From positions 1 to 56,938 of the IMG/VR virus record IMGVR_UViG_3300030107_001272: 56,938 nt of DNA; one strand, written 5' to 3'. Shown in pieces: positions 1 through 9,224 of the stretch. Every line of letters begins with the position of its first letter. Position 1 is the first letter of the stretch. The translations under genes were made by a program, and so were the position numbers. The notes under the pieces are model-generated. The model did no database searches. It had not been told where the DNA came from and saw only the letters and a list, made by a program, of their open reading frames with translations. This DNA is from a virus. Taxonomy: Duplodnaviria > Caudoviricetes.

Positions 1-416
1 AACCAAGTGTGGTTGGTGATGCTGCATGGAATAAATGGAAAAACAAACATGAAACTGATGACTATGGCAGATATGTTTGGGAAGAGTACACGTTTACTGA
101 ATGGACAATTCCTGCCACTGACACAGAAGAAGCAGTTCATCATAGCTACCCTACTGACTACATTCCGAGTGATTTAACAGCACCAAGTGATGCGACTGTA
201 GTTTCAAAAGATAGCGATGGTACAAACCTTATGAGAAGAAAACTTAACAGTAGCTATAACCCCTCTACGACTTATATCCCAAGAGAGCAAAGACCAGAAT
301 GGGATGCTGTAGGAATGATGGGAAAACTCCGTATTCGTAAAGGGCAAACTGTAGGTGACAGGTGGATTAAGATGCGTGACGTATCTTCTTCTGTCGAAGA
401 ATGGCTAGTAAAATAG
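1..416 (+). CDS. 5'-truncated tail spike/fibre with a C-terminal peptidase G2-like intramolecular chaperone domain
   Basis: Frame is open to the window edge. Motifs PSVVGDAAWNKW...DDYGR and YIPREQRPEWDAVGMMGKLRIRKGQ resemble the peptidase G2 autocleavage domain. Confidence 0.75.
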   Translation, partial: PSVVGDAAWNKWKNKHETDDYGRYVWEEYTFTEWTIPATDTEEAVHHSYPTDYIPSDLTAPSDATVVSKDSDGTNLMRRKLNSSYNPSTTYIPREQRPEWDAVGMMGKLRIRKGQTVGDRWIKMRDVSSSVEEWLVK

Positions 417-427
417 GAAAATAACAA

Positions 428-1783
428 ATGAGTAGAGCCAGAGACATTGCTAATCTACAAAGTGGTGGCGTTATAAATGACGCTAGTGCCGACTTAGACT
501 TTCGTATTGAGAGTAACGGTTTAACTCACGCTCTTTTTGTTGATGGTGGTACTGACACTGTTACGATAGGAACAAGTAGTACTGACGCTTACAGTTCAGC
601 AGATAATCTTGTTGTAGGAACTGGCTCTGGTCACAATGGCATAACAATATTTTCTGCCAATGCAAATCAGGGTACAATATTTTTTGCAGATGCTCTAGGT
701 GGTGATAGTGATGCTTCAACGTATGATGGTTATATCATTTATGATCATAGTGCTAGGCACTTTAGATTTGGCACAGCAGGTGGAGAACGTGTCAGGATAA
801 ATAGTGATGGTGATTTACTTTTGGGTTCTAGCACAGACGCAGGATACGGCCCTCTGCAAATTGGAAGCACATCAACAGCAAGCACTATTCTACAAATGCT
901 AGCTGCTGACGATGGCTATAATACTATTCACTTTGGAGATGGAACATCAGGAACTGCTAGGTATAGGGGGTATGTTCAATATAACATGGCTGATGAAGCT
1001 ATGATGTTTGCCACAGGTGCTACTGAACGCATGAGGATAGATAGTTCTGGTAAAGTGGGTATTGGCACAAATTCGCCTAGCCGTAATTTGACAGTGAGTT
1101 CATCAAGTCAAACAGATTTAGCTATTGTTGCAGGAACTTCTTCATCAGCACAATTATGTTTTGGAGATAGTGGTGACGATAACATAGGGCAGATTGAGTA
1201 TAATAATTCTAGTAATTATATGGCTCTTTATACAAATACTACTGAACACATAAGGATACATTCTAATGGTAATGTAAAAATAGGGCAAAATACTGGTACT
1301 TTACTTGATAATTGTCCTCTTCAAATTGAAAGGGAAGAATCTAGTAATGACTCTTGTGTAAGAACAAAGAACCCATCAACTAATTCAAGGTTTCATTTTG
1401 ATTTTTGGAATAGTAGTGGAACTCAGGGAAACATAACGGTAAACGCATCTTCTGTTAATTTCAATTCTACGTCAGACTATAGGAAAAAAGAAAATGTAAA
1501 TTATGATTGGGATGGAACAACGGAAATTAAAAAATTAAAACCTGCTAAGTTTAATTTTATTGGTAGCTCAGATACTATCCAAGGATTTTTGGCACATGAA
1601 GTTTCTAGTGTCGTGCCGATTGCTGTTACTGGAGAAAAGGATGGAACTGAAAAATATACTGATGAGGATGGTAAAGAAAAAACAAGAGAAGTCTATCAAA
1701 GTATGGATGTTTCAAAACTTGTACCTCTTTTGGTCAAAACAATACAAGAATTAGAAGCACGAATAGCAAAGTTAGAGGAATAA
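428..1783 (+). CDS. tail fibre protein with C-terminal S74 chaperone domain
   Basis: Repeats ERVRINSDG/ERMRIDSSGKVGIGT. C-terminal TSDYRKKEN...LKP...GFLAHEV...LVKTIQELEARI. Confidence 0.85.
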   Translation: MSRARDIANLQSGGVINDASADLDFRIESNGLTHALFVDGGTDTVTIGTSSTDAYSSADNLVVGTGSGHNGITIFSANANQGTIFFADALGGDSDASTYDGYIIYDHSARHFRFGTAGGERVRINSDGDLLLGSSTDAGYGPLQIGSTSTASTILQMLAADDGYNTIHFGDGTSGTARYRGYVQYNMADEAMMFATGATERMRIDSSGKVGIGTNSPSRNLTVSSSSQTDLAIVAGTSSSAQLCFGDSGDDNIGQIEYNNSSNYMALYTNTTEHIRIHSNGNVKIGQNTGTLLDNCPLQIEREESSNDSCVRTKNPSTNSRFHFDFWNSSGTQGNITVNASSVNFNSTSDYRKKENVNYDWDGTTEIKKLKPAKFNFIGSSDTIQGFLAHEVSSVVPIAVTGEKDGTEKYTDEDGKEKTREVYQSMDVSKLVPLLVKTIQELEARIAKLEE

Positions 1784-2185
1784 ATGTTTACCCTATCTGC
1801 ATTCTCTAGTAACGCCTTTGGTGAATCAGATGCAGACATACTGTTTATTATATCGGGAGCTTCAGCCAGTACTGCAGTAGGTTCTTTAAGTGTAACAGCA
1901 GACTCTAACATAACAATCTCTTCTGTATCTGCTACATCAACTGCAGGTGCAGTAACAGTAAGCACAACATCAAGCATAGACACAACAGTTGCAATAGAAA
2001 GAACTGTCTATGTACCACAAAAAGCCAATGCTAATACAGTTGTCCACATAACAGAGCAACCTAGAGTGGTAGCAATACAAAGAAGACTAAACGAAAATAA
2101 TGTCATATACATATCAGAGCAAAGTAGAATGGTATATGTACCAGAAAGAAACAATCTCTACAATAAAACATATAAGGTAGCGTAA
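1784..2185 (+). CDS. hypothetical virion-associated protein
   Basis: 133-aa Ser/Thr-rich ORF abutting its neighbours in the structural operon. Confidence 0.6.
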   Translation: MFTLSAFSSNAFGESDADILFIISGASASTAVGSLSVTADSNITISSVSATSTAGAVTVSTTSSIDTTVAIERTVYVPQKANANTVVHITEQPRVVAIQRRLNENNVIYISEQSRMVYVPERNNLYNKTYKVA

Positions 2186-2186
2186 C

Positions 2187-2732
2187 ATGTCCTTTAGATG
2201 GCCCAACAAAGATCCAGATGAAACTTTAGACTACAGTATAGATTGGTCTAGATACCTTGGCAGTGCTACTATAAGCTCCGTACAGTGGCTTATTGTGGAT
2301 GACCAGAGTACTACCCTATCAGCTGCAATTACAGCTTCAGCAACTAGTATAACGCTGACTGACGCTAGCATATTTACTACCAATACAAATGACACACAGT
2401 TAAAGATTGGCAGTGAGATCCTAGAGTATGATTCGGGTGGCATTAGTAGTAATACTGTAACAGTTACTAGGGGTGCTGACTCTACTACTGCAGCTGCTCA
2501 TGCTTCAGGTGCAACAGTTACAGGTGGAGAAGTACCTATTATCGCATCAATACAGGTAACAGTTAATGGGCTGACTGTTCCTGCTAATACTATCTCTAAT
2601 ACAAGTACAGTTGCTACTATAAGATTTAGTGGTGGTACAAATAATAGAACCTACAAGATTATCTGCAGAATAACAGACAGTGCAAACTTAACTTCAGAAA
2701 GAAGTGTAAGACTAAAGATTAAGGAAAACTAA
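2187..2732 (+). CDS. tail adaptor-like structural protein with a beta-rich insertion
   Basis: N-terminal KDPDETLDYSIDW and C-terminal GGTNNRTYKIICRITD...ERSV, typical of small Ig-like tail proteins. Confidence 0.6.
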   Translation: MSFRWPNKDPDETLDYSIDWSRYLGSATISSVQWLIVDDQSTTLSAAITASATSITLTDASIFTTNTNDTQLKIGSEILEYDSGGISSNTVTVTRGADSTTAAAHASGATVTGGEVPIIASIQVTVNGLTVPANTISNTSTVATIRFSGGTNNRTYKIICRITDSANLTSERSVRLKIKEN

Positions 2733-3460
2733 TGGCTTATAATTTTATTGGATTAGTAAATGAAGTCAACAGAAGACTCAACGAGGTAGAGATAGACAAT
2801 ACTTCTACTGCCTTTATAGCCGCTACTGGCTTTTATAATACAGCTAAAGATGTCGTTAATGCTTCTATTAGACACATACAACAGGAAGAGTTTGGGTGGC
2901 CTTTTAATCATATAGAAGAAGAAGAAGTACTAGCAGTAGGTATTACAAGATATAGCTATCCAGAAGATGCTAAGTCTATAAATATAGACAGCTTTAGATT
3001 AAAAAGAAATGATACTCTTAATATTGCTACCATTAAATTAAAAGCAATGGACTATCAAGAGTATCTTAATAAACATATTGATTATGAGTATAACACAAGC
3101 AGTACTCTAAGAGGTGTGCCTAGATTTATTATTCGTGCGCCTAGTGATGAGTTTATTATTATTCCTACTCCTGATAAAGCCTATGAATTAGTCTATGAGT
3201 ATTATAGAAATCCTATTGACTTAGAACTTTTTAATGATGTACCTAATATACCTAAAGAGTTTAAATATGTCATAGTAGAAGGGGCTATGTACTATGCCTA
3301 TCAATTTAGAGGTGATGTACAGAATGCCCAACTATCACAACAAAAGTTTCAAACAGGCATTAAACACATGCGTTCTCTTTATATTAATAGATATGAATAT
3401 ATTAGATCTACTGCTATTGAACAAGGCAGTATCTCAAATAATGTACTAAGAGTTTCTTAA
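2732..3460 (+). CDS. tail adaptor / tail tubular protein A-like
   Basis: 242 aa, N-terminal LVNEVNRRLNE, PTPDKAY, position before the large tail nozzle gene. Confidence 0.65.
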   Translation: MAYNFIGLVNEVNRRLNEVEIDNTSTAFIAATGFYNTAKDVVNASIRHIQQEEFGWPFNHIEEEEVLAVGITRYSYPEDAKSINIDSFRLKRNDTLNIATIKLKAMDYQEYLNKHIDYEYNTSSTLRGVPRFIIRAPSDEFIIIPTPDKAYELVYEYYRNPIDLELFNDVPNIPKEFKYVIVEGAMYYAYQFRGDVQNAQLSQQKFQTGIKHMRSLYINRYEYIRSTAIEQGSISNNVLRVS

Positions 3461-5376
3461 TGGCAACAGAGTGGCAGACATTTCCAATTGAATTTAAGGG
3501 TGGTCTTGTATCTAATCTAACTCCCTTACAACAAGGTATTCAGGCTGTGGGTTCTGCAACAGTATTGCAAAACTTTGAGCCTAGCATTTCAGGTGGATAT
3601 AAAAAAGTATTAGGCTACTCTAAATTTAATAGTGATCTTATAGCAGGTAGTGGCGTTATGCAAGGTGTAGCTGTTACCAATAACACAACAACTACTACGG
3701 CTGTTGTTGTAAGATCAGGAGCATTTTATGAAGTTACTGCAAGTTCTATTAGTAGTTCTGCATTAGCAACAGGATCTACAACTTCATCTACTAAGGTACG
3801 GTTTACACATTTTAACTTTGACGGTACAGATAGAATTATGTTTGTTGATGGTGTAAACTTTCCTGCTCACTATAGCGCAGGTTCAGTTACTTTTTTATCA
3901 ACTTCTAATACGACAGGTGCAGGTGCAGACGTAGAAGATGCTACCCACGTAGTTAATTTTAAAAATCATCTAGTGTACGCCAAGGGTAGGAATATTATTT
4001 TTAGCGCACCCTTGACGCATACAGATTTTACATCAGCAAATGGTGCAGGTACTATAGATGTTGGTGGTACAATTACTGGGCTAATTGTTTTTCGTGAACA
4101 GTTAATGATTTTTACTGCCAGTTCTATTAGTAGGCTAACAGGAGATCACAGAGAAGCTTTTTCTTTACAACCAGTTACAGGAGACATAGGCTGTACAGAA
4201 GATGATAGTATTCAAGAAATTGGTGGTGACATTATGTTTCTCTCACCTGATGGACTTAGACTCTTATCTGCTACAGAGCGTATCGGTGACTTTAACTTGA
4301 ATGTTCCTTCTAATACAATTAAAAATACATTTAACAATTTTATTACAGGTAATAATAATTTCCATAGTTTAACCTTACGAGAAAAAAGTCAGTATAGAAT
4401 ATTTGGATATAAAAGTAGTACAATTTCTACTGATTCTGCAGCAGGTATATTAGCTACTAAGTTTTCAGCACAAGGATCTGAAGGATTTCAATGGGCTACC
4501 CTTAAAGGTTTTGAAGTTTATTGTGGAGACTCTAGATATTTAGGAGCAAATGAAGTTGTTCTTTTTGCTAATGATGATGGTTATATTTATCAAATGGAAA
4601 AAGAAGGTGAAGTATCCATAAACTACAGACAGTCTGCAGATGATGACGATGATGATGGTATAGCTGCAAGTCAATCTGTAGGCAGTGCAACTACAATGAC
4701 AATTAATGGGGCGTTAGCTTCAGGTGGGGCAGTCTCTTTAAATACACCTAAATTTGTTAGCATTAAAAGTGCAGGAGATGATTCGGGTAGAAACTTTGCT
4801 GTTGTTGGTACGACAGATGGTAGCACTGCATTAACAGAAAATATAACAGGATCAAATGAAGGTACAACTATAAGTACTAATGCCTTTCAAACAATTACTT
4901 CTATAACAACTAATGGAGCAACTGCAGGGGCAGTAACTGCAGGAGTAGTTGGAAAGAGTAGTATTGATTGTATATTTGTATCTCCGTATATGCCCATCAA
5001 TGATCCACAACAACGAAAGACTTTTTATAAGATAGCATTGTACATAGATCCTGATGGAGCATTTACAACAACGAGTAAAATTATATTAGATCAAAATTTA
5101 CCAGGTGCAGTACAACCACCAGTTATTTCGCCTACTATACAATTAAGTGGTACTGCTTCTGTTGCTATCTATGGAGATGAAAACTATTTATATACTACGT
5201 CATCCTCTACTTCTACAACAGCACCTAGATATGGATCAGAAATGCAAAGAGAATTTTCTAGACAATTAGTGGGATCAGGAAGAAACTTAGCAATTAGTAT
5301 AGAAGATAGTAGTACTAATCCATCTTTTACATTAGACACGGCAGTTGTTGAATACGCTGTTAATGATAGACTATAA
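3460..5376 (+). CDS. tail nozzle / tail tubular protein B (P22 gp10-like)
   Basis: 638 aa, beta-rich, IGC...SIQEIGGDIMFLSPDGLR motif, synteny. Confidence 0.65.
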   Translation: MATEWQTFPIEFKGGLVSNLTPLQQGIQAVGSATVLQNFEPSISGGYKKVLGYSKFNSDLIAGSGVMQGVAVTNNTTTTTAVVVRSGAFYEVTASSISSSALATGSTTSSTKVRFTHFNFDGTDRIMFVDGVNFPAHYSAGSVTFLSTSNTTGAGADVEDATHVVNFKNHLVYAKGRNIIFSAPLTHTDFTSANGAGTIDVGGTITGLIVFREQLMIFTASSISRLTGDHREAFSLQPVTGDIGCTEDDSIQEIGGDIMFLSPDGLRLLSATERIGDFNLNVPSNTIKNTFNNFITGNNNFHSLTLREKSQYRIFGYKSSTISTDSAAGILATKFSAQGSEGFQWATLKGFEVYCGDSRYLGANEVVLFANDDGYIYQMEKEGEVSINYRQSADDDDDDGIAASQSVGSATTMTINGALASGGAVSLNTPKFVSIKSAGDDSGRNFAVVGTTDGSTALTENITGSNEGTTISTNAFQTITSITTNGATAGAVTAGVVGKSSIDCIFVSPYMPINDPQQRKTFYKIALYIDPDGAFTTTSKIILDQNLPGAVQPPVISPTIQLSGTASVAIYGDENYLYTTSSSTSTTAPRYGSEMQREFSRQLVGSGRNLAISIEDSSTNPSFTLDTAVVEYAVNDRL

Positions 5377-5388
5377 AGGAATAAAATA

Positions 5389-8300
5389 ATGGGAACAGGT
5401 TACGTAAGAAACGATACATCAGGCAACATAGCTAACGGTAAAGTTATTGACGCTACAGACTTAGACGGTGAGTTTGACGCTATCGTAACAGCCTTTAGCA
5501 CATCAGGGCATACCCATGATGGTACAACTGCAGAAGGTGGGAAGGTTACTAAACTGTTAGGTACAAGCTTAACATTAGGAGATGGCACTGCAGGTACAGA
5601 TATTACTGTAACTTTTGATGGTGAAGATAATGATGGCATTTTAAAATGGATGGAAGATGAAGACTACTTTCAATTTAATGATGACATTCTTATGAGTACT
5701 AATGAAAAACTTCAGTTTAGAGATACAGGTATCTACATCTCCTCTAATGCTGATGGTGACTTAGATATTGTATCTGATGGTACGGCTGTAGATTCTATTA
5801 ATATTGAGTCAGCAGGTGGGATCACTCTTGATGCAGGTACGGCAGCTAGTGGTGTTATCTTTGAAGATGACGGTACAGAGATGCTACGTATCTATAATAG
5901 TAGTAGTGATGTTTATATAGAGTCTAAAGTATCAGATAAGGATATTCTTATTAGGGGCAATGACGGTGGAAGTGCAGTTACAGCCGTGACCTTTGATATG
6001 TCTGCTGCAGGATTAGCCACATTTGGCGGTGGCGTAACGTCTACGGCTGTAGCTAATACATTAGGTGCTACCTCTTTTAACGATGCAAACATAACTAATG
6101 TAGGTAATATAGCTCTTGACAGCATTACGGCTGATGGATCTACTATTACAATTACAGGTAACACTACCTTTGCTGACGGTGCATATAACTTTAACATTGC
6201 ATCACACGATGGATCTAATGGATTACAATTAGGTGGTACACTAGTAACTGCTACTGCTACAGAACTAAACATCATAGATGGAGTTACAGCTACAACTGCG
6301 GAGTTAAACATTATGGATGGAGTTACTGCAACTACTGCAGAACTTAACATTATGGATGGGGTAACTGCTACCACTGCAGAACTTAACATTATGGATGGTG
6401 GTACAAGTGCTACTTCTACTACTGTAGTTGATGCTGATAGAGTTGTTCTTAACGACAATGGAAGTATGGTTCAAGTAGCAGTAACCGACTTAGCTGCATA
6501 CTTTGATGACGAGATTACAGCTATGCCCAATCTTGTAACGACTGCAGCTACAACTGTAGGAGCTTTAAATAGTGGGTCTATTACATCAGGTTTTGGAACT
6601 ATAGATACAGGTTCATCTACAATTACAACTACAGGTTTAATATCAGGTGGGTCTTTAGATATTGATGATGTTCTTATCAATGGAACTACAATAGGACATA
6701 CAGATGACACAGATCTTATTACATTAGCTGATGGAGTTGTTACAGTAGCAGGGGAAATAAGTGTTACAACTTTAGACATAGGTGGTACGAATGTTACTTC
6801 TACTGCTGCTGAATTAAATATACTTGATGGTGTTACAGCCACTGCCACAGAATTAAATATTATAGATGGAGTCACTGCAACTACTGCAGAGTTAAACATT
6901 ATGGATGGAGTTACCTCTACAACAAGTGAACTTAATCTTTTGGATGGTTCTGCTAAGTCTACTTCTTCTATTACTATTGCAGATGCCGATGCCTTTATTG
7001 TTATTGATGGAACTACTACTAAACAAATACCTGCTTCTGATATTGCAACATATGCTACAGGTAGCACAGGTGTTTTATCAACTGGTACAAGTAACACTGC
7101 TATTGGTTCTGGTGCTTTAGATTCTGTACAATCTGGTGGTAATTATAATACGGCTCTTGGTTTTAATGCTCTTACTGCTGTTACACTTGCTGACAATAAT
7201 ACAGCCGTTGGTTTTGAGGCAGGAAAAAGTATAGTAGAAGGTAGTTCTGGTAATGGAAGCCACACTCTTGTAGGTTATATGGCAGGGTCAGAACTTACAA
7301 CAGGCGTATATAACACGCATGTAGGGTGGAGTGCAGGTTTAAATGCTACCACAACAGACAGATGTGTTTTTATTGGACACAGTGCAGGTCATGGACAAAC
7401 GAGTGGCGTAGCTAACACAGGTGATGACAATACTTTTGTTGGAGGTAACGCAGGTTCTTATACTACAACAGGTAGTAATAATGTAGCTTTAGGAGGGTCT
7501 GCTTTAGGGAGTCTTACCACAGGTGATACTAATGTAGCAATAGGTGGTGCTGCAGGTAATGGTATTACTACTGGAAGTAAAAATGTAGCAATTGGTTATA
7601 ACTCTTCAGATGCAACTACAACTGCAGATAAAAATACTACTGTAGGATATGAAGCTTCTAAAAGACTTACGAGTGGAACTAACAATGTTATCCTTGGTAA
7701 CAAAGCAGGTATGGGTGTTATTACTGGAGATCATAATGTTGCTATTGGTGGTGAAGCAGCTATGGGCTTTGGCGATGTTTCTTTGCTTGAAAATGAATCT
7801 GCTTATAATGCTTTTACCGTAGGAGATAGAAATGTAGCTATTGGTAGTAGGGCTATGTATAACTCAGCTACTGCAAGTGATGCTACTGAAAAAAATACGG
7901 CTGTTGGATATGGGGCATTAACAACTGTTCAAGGTGGTGACAACAATACAGGTATTGGATATAATGCAGGTGATAGTATTACTGATGGTACTAATAATAC
8001 TTGTATTGGTTATCTGGCTGATACTGCTGCAGCTGATTCTGATAATTCTATAACGTTAGGCAATTCATCAATTTCTTCTTTAAGGTGTGCAGATACATCT
8101 ATATCTTCTTTGTCAGATGAAAGGGATAAGAAAGACATTGTGGATTCAACCTATGGTCTTGATCTTTTAAAAACTTTTAGGCCAGTTTCTTTTACGTGGA
8201 ATAAACGCCCAGAAACAGCAACTAAACCTTCTTGGGTGTCTGATGAGGAATGGAAGAAAGAACAAGATGCAATAAGCAACGCAGTAGATCCTTACAAAGA

Positions 8301-8508
8301 TAGACCTGCTATTGGTTTTCTAGCTCAAGAGCTACGAGATGCTGTGCCAGAATCAGACAGAAAAAGATTAGATCTAGTAGATGAGCAAAATCCAGATCGT
8401 CTTGAAGCAAAGCAAGGTAAACTTATACCCATTCTAGTCAAAGCCCTACAAGAACTCTCAGCTAAGAATGATGCATTGGAAGCTAGAATTAAGACATTAG
8501 AGGGGTAA
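5389..8508 (+). CDS. long tail fibre with N-terminal attachment domain, 13-aa repeats, NxAxG repeats and S74 chaperone
   Basis: GHTHDG N-terminus, ELNIMDGVTATTA repeats, NTALG/NVAIG repeats, C-terminal SDERDKKDI...GFLAQEL...LVKALQEL. Confidence 0.85.
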   Translation: MGTGYVRNDTSGNIANGKVIDATDLDGEFDAIVTAFSTSGHTHDGTTAEGGKVTKLLGTSLTLGDGTAGTDITVTFDGEDNDGILKWMEDEDYFQFNDDILMSTNEKLQFRDTGIYISSNADGDLDIVSDGTAVDSINIESAGGITLDAGTAASGVIFEDDGTEMLRIYNSSSDVYIESKVSDKDILIRGNDGGSAVTAVTFDMSAAGLATFGGGVTSTAVANTLGATSFNDANITNVGNIALDSITADGSTITITGNTTFADGAYNFNIASHDGSNGLQLGGTLVTATATELNIIDGVTATTAELNIMDGVTATTAELNIMDGVTATTAELNIMDGGTSATSTTVVDADRVVLNDNGSMVQVAVTDLAAYFDDEITAMPNLVTTAATTVGALNSGSITSGFGTIDTGSSTITTTGLISGGSLDIDDVLINGTTIGHTDDTDLITLADGVVTVAGEISVTTLDIGGTNVTSTAAELNILDGVTATATELNIIDGVTATTAELNIMDGVTSTTSELNLLDGSAKSTSSITIADADAFIVIDGTTTKQIPASDIATYATGSTGVLSTGTSNTAIGSGALDSVQSGGNYNTALGFNALTAVTLADNNTAVGFEAGKSIVEGSSGNGSHTLVGYMAGSELTTGVYNTHVGWSAGLNATTTDRCVFIGHSAGHGQTSGVANTGDDNTFVGGNAGSYTTTGSNNVALGGSALGSLTTGDTNVAIGGAAGNGITTGSKNVAIGYNSSDATTTADKNTTVGYEASKRLTSGTNNVILGNKAGMGVITGDHNVAIGGEAAMGFGDVSLLENESAYNAFTVGDRNVAIGSRAMYNSATASDATEKNTAVGYGALTTVQGGDNNTGIGYNAGDSITDGTNNTCIGYLADTAAADSDNSITLGNSSISSLRCADTSISSLSDERDKKDIVDSTYGLDLLKTFRPVSFTWNKRPETATKPSWVSDEEWKKEQDAISNAVDPYKDRPAIGFLAQELRDAVPESDRKRLDLVDEQNPDRLEAKQGKLIPILVKALQELSAKNDALEARIKTLEG
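6244..6400 (+). repeat. 39-bp (13-aa) tandem coding repeat, about 4 copies
   Basis: VTATxxELNIxDG repeated. A second block lies at about 6793-6948. Confidence 0.9.
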
Positions 8509-8509
8509 T

Positions 8510-8986
8510 ATGTTTGACCCCATAACGATTGGTGCTTGTCTAACCACAGCGAGTACAGCCTTTGCAGGTCTAAAGAAAGCATTTGCTGCAGGTCGAGATA
8601 TAGAGTCCATGACAGGAGATCTCTCAAGATGGATGAGTGCAGTGTCAGACATAGACCAAAAGGAAAAGGCAGCTAAGAAACCACCTATTTTTCGTAAGGT
8701 ATTTGGATCAGTAGAACAAGAAGCACTTGAGGCATTTGCCGCTAAGAAGAAACTAGCTGAACAAAGATACGAGCTTGAACAGTTTATAAAATTTAGTCAT
8801 GGTCACAAAGCTTGGGAAGAGTTGTTGGGCATGGAAGGTAAAATCAGAAAAGCAAGACAAGAACAACTATACAAACAACAAGAAATAAAAGATAGAATTA
8901 TTGAGGGCATATTCATTTTCTTTCTTTTATGTACAGTAGTAGGTTTTGGTTGGTTAGTGTGGTATTTAAAGTCAATTCAGGAGTAA
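8510..8986 (+). CDS. hypothetical membrane-anchored coiled-coil protein
   Basis: MFDPIT start, helical body, C-terminal hydrophobic segment. Confidence 0.7.
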   Translation: MFDPITIGACLTTASTAFAGLKKAFAAGRDIESMTGDLSRWMSAVSDIDQKEKAAKKPPIFRKVFGSVEQEALEAFAAKKKLAEQRYELEQFIKFSHGHKAWEELLGMEGKIRKARQEQLYKQQEIKDRIIEGIFIFFLLCTVVGFGWLVWYLKSIQE

Positions 8987-8989
8987 ATA

Positions 8990-9220
8990 ATGGAAATTAG
9001 TATGTGGATGTTTTGGAATATTATTTTAACATTGGTTATAGCTCCTGCAGTATGGGCATTTAGAGGACTTATACAAGAAGTCAAACGTGTAGATATATTA
9101 TTAAATAAAACTAGGGAAGAGTACGTTACACGTAGAGAGATGCGAGATGATCTTACAAAAGTAATGGATGCACTCCATAGAGTAGAAGATAAATTAGATA
9201 AAGTATTAAGCAAGGATTAA
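8990..9220 (+). CDS. small membrane protein with coiled coil
   Basis: N-terminal TM segment, TREEYVTR motif, RBS aggag. Confidence 0.7.
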   Translation: MEISMWMFWNIILTLVIAPAVWAFRGLIQEVKRVDILLNKTREEYVTRREMRDDLTKVMDALHRVEDKLDKVLSKD

Positions 9221-9224
9221 TTAG

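Noticed and set aside
5400-7097. Long antisense ORFs opposite the tail fibre, and others opposite helicase, RNR and internal proteins
   Set aside because: Shadow ORFs caused by codon bias; no RBS or recognisable domains.
428-8508. Diversity-generating retroelement or invertase-driven tail switching
   Set aside because: No reverse transcriptase, no adenine-specific TR/VR pair and no inverted fibre cassettes seen.
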